NCBI GenBank assembly: GCA_004764695.1
Contig: SMSO01000037.1
Span: forward strand, 2,828,747 to 2,892,746
Source of the DNA: Schizochytrium sp. TIO01
Lineage: Eukaryota; Protista; Bigyra: Labyrinthulomycetes
DNA length: 64,000 nt
Reading direction: 5' to 3'
Below the pieces are notes generated by a model that made no database searches, was not told where the DNA came from, and saw nothing but the letters and a program-made list of their open reading frames with translations. Made by a program: the position numbers and the translations under genes. Below are positions 38,175 to 50,626 of this stretch, piece after piece. Each line of letters begins with the position of its first letter. Position 1 is the stretch's first letter.

Positions 38175-38918
38175 TGTGGAAGTTATCTGATGTCATTGAC
38201 GCTAGATACTAAAGAGATTGGCAATGCTATTCATAAGATGAATCTAGACGTTTTGATGGCTGATGAAGACCTTAACCAATACCACAGACTCTGAAGAGAC
38301 AAGCTACGAGAAGATAAACGTGTAGGCATACAAATGACAACCCCCAGCTCAAACATTTTGTTTATCTATCCTGCAACCCACATCTTATCATTGCCTTTTT
38401 TCTTGTTGCAGATACTTCAAAAATGCCACCATAAGCACTAGAGACAAAATCCCAATACAAAGGATACTCACACGAATCAGTAAAATCTTAAAGACTGGTG
38501 ATCAATTGGTTTAGTTTTTGGTCTGAAGAAGCAAATACGATATGATAAACGCTGTGCGTGAGCAATATAAATTGTTTTGACGGCAGAAGAAACACAACTA
38601 CAATAATAGTCGGGCTTTTTTAGCTAAAGAAATACTGCTTTACTCAAAACAAACGCAACCATGAGCCAACCTCATACTGCTTCATACTGATCCCTATCGT
38701 CTTTCTACCTCAATGATCCGAATCTGGACGTCTACATTGTCTTCATAAGCCTCTCTTTTTCTAAGTAGTATTAGATTCGCCTTGAAATAAACAAGTTCGC
38801 GCGCGTTTAATCAAAATGAACCAGACAGTTCTGACTAAACAGAATAAAGTGCTCATTGAAGGCAAGCATCCTTAATTCGAATGGATAAAAATTAAAGGGG
38901 GAAAAAATAAAAATAAGT

Positions 38919-38990
38919 TACAACCGGCGTGGATCGAACACGCGACATTCCGCGTGTGAGGCGGACGCTCTACCACTGAGCTACGGCTGC
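38919..38990 (-). tRNA. tRNA-Val(CAC), copy 2
   Basis: Identical 72-mer to copy 1; oligo-T downstream. Confidence 0.97.
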
Positions 38991-40374
38991 TGGTTGTTGA
39001 GGGCAAGTGGTCAATGACTTTACATATATCTAAGCTTACATAGGAAAAGCGCGTGAACGCGCGTGAAAAATCTTTTAATTCATAATAGATAGGTATAAAG
39101 CGTACGAGGACCTAGGACACTTGTTTCGCATGCGATTGATTGTTTTGGCTCGAGTCTTCTTCAAGCTACAACATTTCAAATCATTACCTCTGACTAGTGA
39201 GAGTGCACTCCATTGACGCGATGTACATCCTGGTATGCAGGACCTGAATGTTTGTAGCTTGCTCTGCGGTGGATTCTAGTTTAAAATTCTATCCTGGATA
39301 GATCTGAGCAAGTTCAAAGAAAGAGGGCGCGTTGTGTTTTGGGAACCACGCTACTCTTGAACTCTTCAATAACTATAAATTTGATAGAGAACTTTTGTAT
39401 CCTAGTAGTAGCAACTAGGGATTGATAAAGTATTGTGGACCTGTCCTTAACTCACAGATCATGATACGGAGTGAAGAGACGTAACTCAAGGCAGACGCAG
39501 GGCCGATCCCCAGAACTACTAGGCAACTTAGCTTACCACCATCCAAGGTTCGCAAGCTCGTTTGCAGCGGCAAGATTGCTAAATTGCGTACCCGCGCAGA
39601 AAAATACCTGTATAGAAGAAAAATCCGGATGAAGAGAAGAAACTCAGCTTCCCAAAGCTAGGCATCGCAGATCGATTGAAGAACCATCACAGAAACGAAC
39701 AGAACAGCTCGAAAACCTTGCTACTCAACTGGGAGAACTCCACCAGTGATGCGACTCCGCCTGCCTTTTTGTTTATTCAAAAAAATGCTTAGGGAGCAAA
39801 ATAGAAGAGTCTGAAACTAAGCTTTAGTACTGCAATAATTATCAAAACTAAGATTATAAAAATAAACATCAGAAAATTCTCCACGTTTCAACTTCATAGG
39901 GTGACAAAATAGTCATCAATTATACAGCGAAAAATAAAATGTAATGTTTAGTTGTATTTCAAGTAACAACTCTTATCGAAAAGTCGTCGTTTGCCATCAT
40001 CTTCACAGAGTATTTTCTGCTCCTGGATTTTTCTTGAAATTACAAATAACAGAGTATAGTGTTACCCGGGGTCATGGTCCTATTCTGACTATTATAGCTG
40101 ATAATATTTTATATTATACCCAGATGTCTAGTGCTCCTAATACATTGCTTCTCAGGACAAGACTAGCCAAGATTGGACGACTCCCAGCAATGCGAGATGC
40201 CAAAACGCAAATGCATTTGTGGCGACTCGCCTTACTACATTACCAATAGCATTGAAAGTGCACTCTCGAACGGATGCAGCTAGCAGAACACGCCTTGCTC
40301 TTTTCTGTGTGTTACTAGCTTACAGATACACCTTATCAAAGTCGCTATAAAAGTGATTGCATTGACAACATTCA

Positions 40375-41461
40375 ATGATTCTATTGAAAGAAGCCTTCAA
40401 ACAAATCCAAAACAGTTGTGAGCGATACTTTACTCAACGTTTAAGTTTTACCAAGCAACGTTCTCAAGTAGTAGCAATACCTGAATCTGCCAGGTATGAA
40501 GACATAATCGATATGCGTGGAATCAGCCTTCGCGCTCTTGAGGAGCTACTACTGGGCGTCATTAATGAAACGCACGCACCTAATTTACGGCTTTTCGTAG
40601 CTGTAGAGGACATTAACGATGATATCAAAAAAGGTACAACAATTCAGATTATCTCCATCTCCAAAGAGGGTTTATTGAGAGGATTAATTTCATCATCAAA
40701 GAAAACAGTTCGCCTAAATTTGGACGATAAATTTGTTGAAAAACGACGCGAAGATTGGTCTACTACAGATGTGGTTGAATATGTCATATTACCTTTAACA
40801 AATACGCTAAACGCACCACGGCAATATCTTAACCTGTTAAACAAAGAGGACATTGGCAGAGAATATCAAGGAGCTTTCGTCAGCCAAGCAAGATCCTCGA
40901 GGTTCAAAGATCTTGTAGAAGCTTTACAAGCCTATTTTGACGGGGGAAAATCCTGAGACATCTTTCATTTGGCTTGATCTTTTCTCTGCAAATCAGACCC
41001 TTCTCGCTCAACCTAAAGGTTCATGCCCTCACATTGTCCAGTCAGCACGGGAAATCCATCTGAGGCGAGGCTTACACAATGCTGTTGCAAAATTTGATCA
41101 AGTAGTAATCTTTTTCGATAATTGGGAAAAGCCAGCACCTTTGAATCGCGCATGGTGCGTGTGGGAGATACTAGGAGCTTTGAAATCAGATCGCAATATT
41201 AGAATTATTTGCACTCCTCAAGAGGAACGACGCTTCAAAAAGTTTGCTTTAAATCACACAGGACTACCAGCAAGCCATCTTTGCAATTTGCACTACACTG
41301 ATATGAGCAAAGCGCAGTGCTGGAAAACTGAAGATAAAGTAATGATAGATGAAGCTGTTTCATCTATGATGAAAGATGGATACTCTACTTTAAATGAATT
41401 TATGAATGCTACAATCCAAGAATGGTCAACTACTATAATAGAAGACTTCTCTGCTCAATGA
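40375..41461 (+). pseudogene. HET/TIR-like domain gene (N-terminal domain of protist TPR 'kinesin light chain-like' proteins), frameshifted and lacking TPRs
   Basis: Motifs GISLRAL, TTDVVEYVILPLT, FVSQA…F.DLV.AL, FIWLDLFSANQ, W..PAPLNRAWCVWE and D...AQC….D…I. The two ORFs are joined by removing one base from GGGGGAAAA at 40942-40950. Downstream sequence is degraded. Confidence 0.7.
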
Positions 41462-42662
41462 AACTTCCTTTTCTGTTAATTAAAAAGATTGTTAGGACAT
41501 TGCTGTACAAAACGAAATTGTCTGCTCGATTCTAAAATGATTGACTTTTGCACTGCTCGTGTACCTTTCCAAGAGAAGCTGCTGTACGTGGTAGTTCGGG
41601 TTTGGACCCTATTTAATAAGTTACAAAAACTGTGTTTCACAGTTTTCAGCTCTGTAAAGGAAAAGAGGTATGCTATACAACACAATTCTTGAATGTCCAA
41701 TAAAGAAATAGTTTCTAAAATCCTAGTGCTGAGATCTCCAATCGAAGGAACTAGTGGATAAGACATTGCCAGAGCTCTTGGCGTTCCTTTCTAAAACCCT
41801 CGCATACGTAGGGCTTACAACAGAGCAGTAGTAGACAGCCAGATCGTACGGCTGCCAGAGTCAAGAACCAAAAGTGTGACTACACAATACCTAGAACAAA
41901 GTATGGTATGACTTGAATCGATGTTTGAAAAGGTTGAATCAACCTAACCCCGTCGATTATCTCTAACACTTTTCAAGAATGTATTACCCTCCATAACTAC
42001 TAAATGCATTAAGGCCTTCATCTTTACAGTCAACCTCAAGCTGACCAGAATAATCTCTCATCACATGGGTTGGAGGAACAGGTAAATGGCAGTAGAAGGA
42101 GTTATCAGATCACTGCTGCTACTGATTGATGATAGTATCTTAACATGTTTAATCTCTCATAAATGCATTTGCTCAACACGATAAATCATTGCGCTTCCCG
42201 CATTAGGGCAAAGCGGTTATAAGCCAAAATAAAAAACAAGAAGATCATTAGTAAAGGGTATTTTAAAAGGAAACATGGATATATGCGTTGCTTAGAGGTA
42301 ATTAAGGAGATACCTTAGGTTCTTAGTTTAAGATTGCTTATTGCCTAGAGCTGAAGTTATGATGTCTGGGTAATTTAGTTCTGCTGTCACAAACCTTGCC
42401 AGCTTGTCTTGATACTTCCTTTCTTCTTTCCCTTCATTCCTTCGAACGATCACAAGATGGCGTTCCTCTTAGCCTCGCAAAGTTTTATCCTAGTGTTATT
42501 CCGCTATCTTGCTCAGTAGTTATGAAGCGGACAGTGCATAGTTTACTAGTACATTTACTTAAAGTAAAAAGCCTGCAAGTAATATCTCCCTGTCTAGGCA
42601 GGTAAGTACTGACCGCACTAAAACAAAAATCATAAAATTAGAGAAAACACAAAAAATAAATG

Positions 42663-42734
42663 TACAACCGGCGTGGATCGAACACGCGACATTCCGCGTG
42701 TGAGGCGGACGCTCTACCACTGAGCTACGGCTGC
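42663..42734 (-). tRNA. tRNA-Val(CAC), copy 3
   Basis: Identical 72-mer; oligo-T downstream. Confidence 0.97.
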
Positions 42735-43302
42735 ATGATAATTTCACAACATCGTTTGTTGCTTAGACTTAGACTTCAATAGACACTTAAAAGGCAAGTT
42801 CATATGCAGGGGAAAAAAAATTGACACATTCATTCATATGTAAAAACTAGATCTCCAGTCACCATTGACCTTTGATGGATTCCCCCCAGCTTCATTGTTT
42901 TTTAAACCTTTCAACAGTACAGAAATGATAAACCTTTGCACAAACGCTTGCAATATTCAAAAGGGTTGAGAGGCTCAACCATACATTTGAATATCGCCCC
43001 TAGCCACAGATTCAAAGTAGTGTAGACTTTCGGTTCTGAACATTACATTAGCTATAGTTCGTAAACGACTCACTCTGTTTCTAATAAGGTAGTCAAGGCT
43101 CCATGAACTAGTAGTATACATCGTGTGATGCACTTATCATTGATGTCTGCAGAAATGCAAACCTTACTGCAAACCTTTCTATGGGAGTGAAACACACTGC
43201 CACCCAAAGTGCACTTAAAAATTTAATAATTAATTATTAAAAAGTGATATATATATAGAGGGGCTAATATCATACTAAATAAGTTTTACTTTTTTAAAAA
43301 AA

Positions 43303-43374
43303 TACAGATGACGAGGATCGAACTCGTGACCTTCCGCGTGTCAGGCGGACGCTCTACCACTGAGCTACACCTGC
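43303..43374 (-). tRNA. tRNA-Val(GAC), copy 1
   Basis: GCAGGTG-TA-GCTC-AGTGGTA-GAGC-G-TCCGC-CT[GAC]AC-GCGGA-AGGTC-ACGAG-TTCGATC-CTCGT-CATCTGT-A. Full cloverleaf, followed immediately by T7. Confidence 0.96.
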
Positions 43375-43653
43375 TAGAGATGTTCTGTGGAACCATCACT
43401 GGTTGGTAGACAACTATATCATGGCAAATATATAGTGCAGAAACAATTTGAATTATCGTGTCCCTTGTACCTATCTATGTAAACGTTAAATGTTACAGGT
43501 CTTACTTCGATTTTTGTACCCTACAATGTATCAGAGAAACGAGGGAAGCTTAAAAACCTTTTGACTTTTTTATATTTAAAAAGAAAAACAGTTAAGCTAA
43601 TTGATTGCTATATATAATGCAAGGCTAGGGTTGCAAAGGTTTTTATGTAAAAT

Positions 43654-44420
43654 CTAAGTTACTGTTGCTGTCGTTGATCGTTTCTGACCCTGCTTTTTCC
43701 CACCATTATAATCAAAAGGGACTGGGACTAGAAATGATCGGATGATGTCGCTTCGAGTCTCGGCTCCATTCGCAGCGGAGAAGTCTATGGAATCTTGAAG
43801 AATATCAGCAAACGTGACCATTTGTGCATCGCGAAAATGACGCAAATCGTCACAATCTGAACCTAGGCCATGAGCAGGACGAATTTCTTGTAGAAGATTC
43901 TGAATTTTCGCCCCACGGGAGATGCCTTCAACCATTGCCATAACATAGATACCGCAATCATAAGAGTTCTGTTGATGGCCATAAATCAGTGACTGTGTCC
44001 ACTCGCCATCTTTTAGCACAATGGACAAAGTAGTCACAATCTTCTCAATGATATTTAGGGAAGGATGGAAGTTAGAATCCTTGTTTCTAGAGTCAGGGTC
44101 ATAGCAATATATTTTTTTCAGCTCGATATCAAGAACGAGAAGAGTCCAGTGGTTCGATCTTAACAATGGGAAAACAACAAATTTTGCACACTCTGGAATA
44201 TAAAGGTCTTTTGAAAACCTTTTGTTGAAGTGAGCTGCATGATTCTTGCTCTTGAAGTAAGACCGAAGCCCACTTAGCCAGATGGACGCATCAAAATCAT
44301 CGTTAAAACCGTGTGTAAAAAACACAGTTTGAGGTAAAGATCGGTTCTTTGATTGTCGGTGTCTTAAGCACTCTTATGTAGAGGTCCATGACAAAGTTTG
44401 ATACCCGGCCTGAGGGCCGA
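43654..44420 (-). other. Ulp1/SENP (peptidase C48) domain of the transposon protein
   Basis: GRVSNFVMDLY, VVFPLLRSNHWTLLVLD…IYCYDP and QQNSYDCGIYV. The His-Asp-Cys triad and oxyanion Gln are intact. Confidence 0.88.
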
Positions 44421-47400
44421 GCATGGTCTATAAGCAAATCTATGTGAATATCAAGCGGTTCAACATTACATAAAGCAGTCGATACTTCTGCCATGCGTAA
44501 TGACAGAGCGGTCTTTGGGCATACAACACGCTTCAGTTTTGAAAGAATATCTCTGTATGATTTGTGAAGGTGAAGCTCGTTCGGAGTAAGTTTCCCTGCA
44601 ACAGGAAGTAAGTACGATGGGTATTCTTTGAAGAAATGCCTCGGAAATTGGAGGAGCTGATGTGGACTCCAGACTGACTTTACAGCTGCTGTGCATTCCA
44701 TTCCGTGCCTGTGTTCATCAGAAGAGTCTTTTCTGCAAGAACACATACAGCAAAAGTACCGTGGATTTAGGTTTTGTGTTGATCGATACTCATGCCGGGG
44801 TTTTGCAACAATTGTTGATACAGAGTCTTCGAAAATACCAATATAACCCATAGGCCGAATTTTATGATCAACTTTAACAGGCTCTCTAATGAACTCGTGC
44901 GGAGCAAAATTACATGCAGGCTGGCGAGCATCATATTGACCAAGATGGCGACTTGCACCAAGTAAGTCAAATACAAATCCACCATATGAGTCATCTTCAG
45001 CGCTCTGGAATTGATTATAAAGATCTTCGATTTTGGCTGTTGCAGATGCTTGCTGCATTTGAGAAAGTGTTTTGATACCCAACTTAACAATTTGTTTTCG
45101 AGCTTCTGCTGACAAGATGTTATCTTCACCTTTGTGAAGCGATTGTTTGGCTTCGTATGACACTTTCTTTTGCTTATAAAAAACGTTTGCCATCGTCCGC
45201 AGGTCGCGGACAGATTTCCCCTTGATTCCATGCTTGGCAATATCAGTATCGATAGCCTGCAACATACTGGGCTGCCCAGCAAGTTCATTCCACAGATGAG
45301 CAAAAACCTCAAAAACTACTTGGGAGCTTGATTGCACGTTGAGCTTTAATTTGTAGGCATGAAGAAGCTTCTCAAAAAGACGCCTTTCAGCGTTCTCCTC
45401 TGGACTTAGCTCATCGGTTTGGCCTTTGGCAAACGGGACTGTTGAACCTGACACCTGGTTGGAGGTGACACGGGAACGCTTCTGGCTTGTCTCGTGATGG
45501 TCGGTGGCGCTGCCTACCACAGCAGAGGATGCCACATCATTGTCTTCAAGTGGCTTTGCCTGCTTTTCATTTGATACGACTCTGCAAGATTTCTTGTTCA
45601 GAAGCTTGAGTGGACTTGACTTGAAGGCGAACCAGGCAGGCCGCGATGCGGGGCGGCAACTTACGCCGTATGAAGCATCAAGCTGCACGTTCTCGGTGAA
45701 GCGGTTAAGCGCAGCAGCAAGTGCCGGGGTCAGGTTGCGCTGGTGAGAGTCTGCAGCTTGAGCAGCTGGAAATCTACTGGTATTGAAGCTTCTCGTTGGA
45801 GCAATAACGTGGCCAATCGTGATTGCATAGTTTTTGCCTGACCTCCAGCAGTATTGGTGCTAGAGCTTTTCTCAACGGTGCTAACGTTTAACAACCCGCC
45901 ACTGTGTGAAGATGACAAAATTTCCACTTTCATAACTTCTTTTCCCTGGTCATTGCCCAGATTATCGGCAAGATACTGAACAACGTCATCAAGGTTGAAA
46001 TCTCTAGAATTAGAATAACCTGCTTTTCTAGCAGCGTGCATGATTTTAACAGCAATGAATCCACCAAAAGAAGAGCTCAAGTGAAAGGTCTCAAGGTTCT
46101 GCTTGATCTCATTTTGATGTTCCGTTTCCTTCAAGAGCCTACTAATGAGATACCTCAAAGCTATCAACAAGCCCTTCTGAGCACTCAAGGCTATAGCCAC
46201 CAAAACTGCCCAGACCTGTTCCACAAGGAGGGGAGTAAAACCTTCACTGCAATCAGTCACATGCGCAATTTCAACACTACTGGAGCACGAGGTAACATGA
46301 TTACCGTCCTTTTCTGGGCCTTGATTAAAAGAACCAACAAATGGGAGGAGCGACAGGCCAATACATATTCCTGGATGGAGGGCTGCTGGTAAGCCATCGT
46401 CACGAAATGGAAGTACTCCACCAGGAAAATGCTGATTGACAAGGTTATTGATACGCAGGCGATGATGTTTGGATGAGTGAATATCGACTCAAGGCATATG
46501 CTTGTGCATAGGACAAAGTTCTGCAGCGCGTTGCCGATTCGCTTTCAACGCGGCATAAAGAAGCATAACATCAGCTCTAACAACCCCTATGACTCTGTTT
46601 CCGATCAATTCATTTAGTATGCGATGAAATCGCAGATTTGCGCCCGTTTTACAGTTGATACGATAGTTGCCATCCATCCTCAGAATTTGGTCAGCTTCTT
46701 CAGGCATATCGCTCAGGCAACCATTGGTGATGTGTGATAACATACTTTGTATAAATTTGTTCCATGTCGTGTTTGGGTTGTCACGTACATGGTTTCGAAA
46801 AAGCTTTTCTGATCTAGGGCACTTGCTGTTCATGCAATTACTGTCCCCTAATTCAGTAGTTTTAAATAGTTCTTTCATTAACTTCTCAAGTTCACTTTTG
46901 TTGGTACCGAGAGGCTCTCCACACGCCTCTGCAAACTTCTCGTGCATGTCTGTCCACTTACGCTGCTGATCAACCTCGAGAAAGGCATAGATCACGGTCA
47001 TTACTCTAGCTTTTAATATGTTCTCCTCGGGAATCTTCTTTAAAGCTGTTGTAGACTCATTCCTCCATTTCCTTTTCATTTTTTCCCCTGCTCCCAATTT
47101 ATTTTTAAGAACCTCCTTGAACTCTTCCTCATGACAAAGAACAGCAGCGGTCATACAGGTCATAAATTGCTTTCGGAGAGGATGACTTGGAGCGAAGTTA
47201 AGGATTTTATTGAATCGTTGGAGCCAGTGGAGGAGGTCTAGCTTTACAGGAACATTATTCCAAATGTTTTGAAGGGCTTTTCGCACCTGGCAACAATTGT
47301 CCAAGTAGATCACCTCTGGCGCATAGGAGCCATCTTCACTCATTCTCTTTTCGTACCTCATTGAATTCTCTTAAGGCTCGTGTCATCCCACCAACTAACT

Positions 47401-49068
47401 CCTCACCTTCCCGAAGGCCCTTGTACCAAACAATATCATTGGATTCGTTCGTGATGGTCAGCAGTCCTTCGTAGGGATTATATATTCGCATATTATTTTC
47501 GCTGTTCCGCATCTTCACTTGCACCCGACTGGGAAATCTAAATGTACAATCTACACGTATTCTTTTCGCGGGAAGGCTAATCAGTTCTTGCATTGCAGGT
47601 CTTGAGCTTTCGCTACATAACTCTAAGCACACATCGTCCAAAAAATATCTACCCAGTTGCATCCCGTTGTAGCCTTCAGGATCGTCGAAGTCACCGAATG
47701 GAGCTGGTGCTAGGATTGAACTTTTCTCTTCTTCGATCTCGGATTGAGCGCTCTCCATGGAATTGATCTTCTCAGACTGAGCCCGCCGTCTTGCGTTCTC
47801 CCTTTCTCGGGATTGTTTCTGATAGACAAGTTCATAAACCTCATTCACCTCTAAATTAGTTTCAGCATCCCACTTCAACTTAGCTTTAGCATAAAAGGCA
47901 ACCATTGCCTTCCTATAGCGACCTAATTTTGGTGCAGCTTTTATTTTCTCGCTATTATCACACAGGCCTTTGACATTCGTCAGAATCCACTCTTTTGATA
48001 GATTAGCTACGTAGGTTTGTGTCCACCTCATAACTTCGATTACACGAATTGGCCGATTCTTCACTTTTACGGTCAAAAGTTTGGCCAGTTTTTTTGGGGG
48101 GCAAACCAAGCTTATTCACCTCCCAGTTTAAAAGTCGTAGAGCATCATCCTCGCATCTACGTTGTTCTTCAGATGGAACAATGATATTATCTAGATTGTT
48201 TTCTTGAATCGAGGCAAACATTCCAGGAATAGTTTGCTCAGAAGGTATGGTCACCGATTTTCTTGCATTATTTGGGTTGCTAGCTTGGATATGAGAAAGG
48301 TAGTAAGCTTCTCGAAGTTCTTCAAAACGGCGCACGTGCGCTCCCAAAGTCAAATCCAATGCTTGCTGTCCGCAATGCAGCCAAATTTCTTTAAGCATAT
48401 GAGCAAACGGTCTCAATTGCAAGTTTCTTGCGCATTGTAATAGGGAAGCGATGCCGGGTATTCTCAGGGCACTGTTTGAGAAACTCCGCAGTAGTATTGC
48501 GTATGGTCTTGCCACAGCCTTTATTTCTGCAAGTATATTCACGCCCTATAAGAAGCCAAGTGGAATCGAATGTGATTATTTCACGAGCTTCTTTCAAAGG
48601 AACCCATCGACCAGTTTCGTGAGAAATTGCATGGTCGCAGTAAGGACAAAAGATCCGGCCTTGCGTCTCATGAAACATCTTGCTTGGATACCATGTCCCC
48701 ACTGCCCTTGCATAGAAGGTCTCTGCTGAGCTTCCAGCCCCACGTTTTGGCCACCATAACCAACTCTTGGGGTTGCTATTATCAAACATGGTATATGCAT
48801 CTTTAACAGTCATATGCGTGACGATTTTAGTGCACTCCTTTAAGAACCCCATCTCAAATTGAGTGATATTGTTCTTTCGCTCTTCCTTGTTTTCCTGGTT
48901 TTCGTCGTCTACGCTCTCCTCATCGACAGCGCCATCTTGCTCATGGCTGACTTCATCCTCGACAAACTCAGAAGGCTTGCTCGAATTGTCTTCTTTTGTT
49001 TCTTCTTCTTCTCGATCATTTTCGTCAGCTCGAGAATCTGTCTCTGTCTCCACTCCAGCATCAGCCAT
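43654..49068 (-). mobile_element. Dada-like (MuDR/IS256-related) DDE transposase fused to a Ulp1/C48 protease; fragmented, ~1800 codons; element ends not defined
   Basis: Seven collinear ORF pieces. Motifs: N-terminal C4 zinc finger (CPYC…YTCRNKGC…FLKQCP…RFP, DUF6729-like), FGDFDDPEGYNG, RVDCTF (D1, 47549-51), LTITNE, IYLDNCC (D2, 47299-301), KLDLLHWLQRF (DxxH), SHPL, GCLSD, TGANLRFH (expected E replaced by L), then the Ulp1 domain. Breaks: +1 near 48410, 48095, 47350 and 44310; in-frame TGA at 46489; -1 between ~45860 and 45732. Confidence 0.78.
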
Positions 49069-49723
49069 GCTTGCCCTGCACAATTGCCAGGTTCGAAATC
49101 ACCTAACCATTTGGATCTGAAACTCAATCCAAGAGCCTAGGATGCAGGACCAAATACACAATACAAGACTCCCGAAACACAGCACCCATGCACAACCAAA
49201 GGTTTCATTCATGTGCGAACCATACAGGAATGTGGTGCACAACCCTTTTAACCCTGTGCCCACCGTGAGGGAGCTCTACATAACAATGGTTTACAAAGAG
49301 GGGAGCACAATCAAACCTTATTCTGAGGAGTCTTGCAAATATTTAAAATAAATTAATGACTACAGATTCTATTTAAATACTTGCTGAGTGGTCTTGTGTG
49401 GAGCTTAACAAGTTCGTGATGATCTTATCAAAACACAAACTATATGTTCTCTCTCCTTGAATTTATTCCTTCAAATATTGTCCACGTTCTAAGCTAAGGA
49501 ACCAGTTATACAGTATTGTTATTTTGGTATCTTCTTTTCGATCTCCTCACCAATAATTATCGCCACCTTAACTTTTCTTTCTTCTTTCTTTCTTTGTTAA
49601 TTTTCATTCACACGTGTACCCAGAATGTTGAAAATAATAATAAGGTTATTATAACCTTTTTTATTCAGAGAAACTGAACAAGAAAAAGTTATGTCCTCTA
49701 TTTTAGAGGGAGGAGAAAAAAAA

Positions 49724-49795
49724 TACAACCGGCGTGGATCGAACACGCGACATTCCGCGTGTGAGGCGGACGCTCTACCACTGAGCTACGGCTGC
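49724..49795 (-). tRNA. tRNA-Val(CAC), copy 4
   Basis: Identical 72-mer; T8 terminator adjacent. Confidence 0.97.
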
Positions 49796-49945
49796 GTTCT
49801 TGTTCATGTCATACATTTGATTGTTGTACTATATATTATTCTATTTAAATCTAATTTGCAACAAAAAAAAGAAGATGATGAGTAAAAGGTACCTACTATT
49901 AAGCGTCATGTTGTAGGTTTTTTTTTAATGTTAGTAAAAAATGAA

Positions 49946-50017
49946 TACAACCGGCGTGGATCGAACACGCGACATTCCGCGTGTGAGGCGGACGCTCTAC
50001 CACTGAGCTACGGCTGC
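49946..50017 (-). tRNA. tRNA-Val(CAC), copy 5
   Basis: Identical 72-mer; oligo-T downstream. Confidence 0.97.
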
Positions 50018-50434
50018 TATGAAAGTGCGTTTGTTGCGATATTGTGATATCGCTCTTGGACATAAATATACATAATCTAATAATTTAGATTTGTTTTGCA
50101 CTGTCTGAGTAAGTCTCAAAAGTGATTAAAGATTTTCCACTCTGTTTATAAATTATCTCTTGATTAGATTTATTATTCTCGAATATACGCAGCGATAGCG
50201 ATTGTTCAACTCAGTTTTAAAAAACAGTAAACACCACCTCCATCCCCCTTCTCACATTAAGTACATGAGAATAAATACTCAAACAAGCTCAAGATTGGTT
50301 TTTTGCATCATACTCGCATACCCGGGTCAAACCATGGCACTGCTCAAGCTGCAGATGGGTTTGTGGCCAACAAAAAAATGTGAATTAAAGAAATCATACA
50401 ACAACAAAAAAAAAAAAACGGAGGAAAAATATAT

Positions 50435-50506
50435 TACAGATGACGAGGATCGAACTCGTGACCTTCCGCGTGTCAGGCGGACGCTCTACCACTGAGCTAC
50501 ACCTGC
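50435..50506 (-). tRNA. tRNA-Val(GAC), copy 2
   Basis: Identical to 43303..43374; oligo-T downstream. Confidence 0.96.
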
Positions 50507-50626
50507 TTACAATGATGTACTCATTGCTGCTGGTTGGTAGAATTAATTTATCTGTCAATTATATATATTTGCTGTATTAAATCATTAAAAAAGTTTCAAG
50601 CAACAAACGGAAAAAAGAAATCTGAT

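Noticed and set aside
46489-46491. In-frame TGA in the transposase as a possible selenocysteine
   Set aside because: No redox motif context, no SECIS seen downstream, and the gene has several other lesions. A nonsense mutation or error is simpler.
44305-48420. Programmed +1 ribosomal frameshifting in the transposase
   Set aside because: The sites share no common shifty motif or adjacent stop, and the same kind of +1 break occurs in unrelated genes. Sequence error or decay is more likely.
49265-49279. GTGAGGGAGCTCTAC resembling part of tRNA-Val(CAC), as a split target of the transposon
   Set aside because: Needs three gaps in 18 nt, has no matching remainder on the other side of the element, and the flanks do not align. 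Likely chance.
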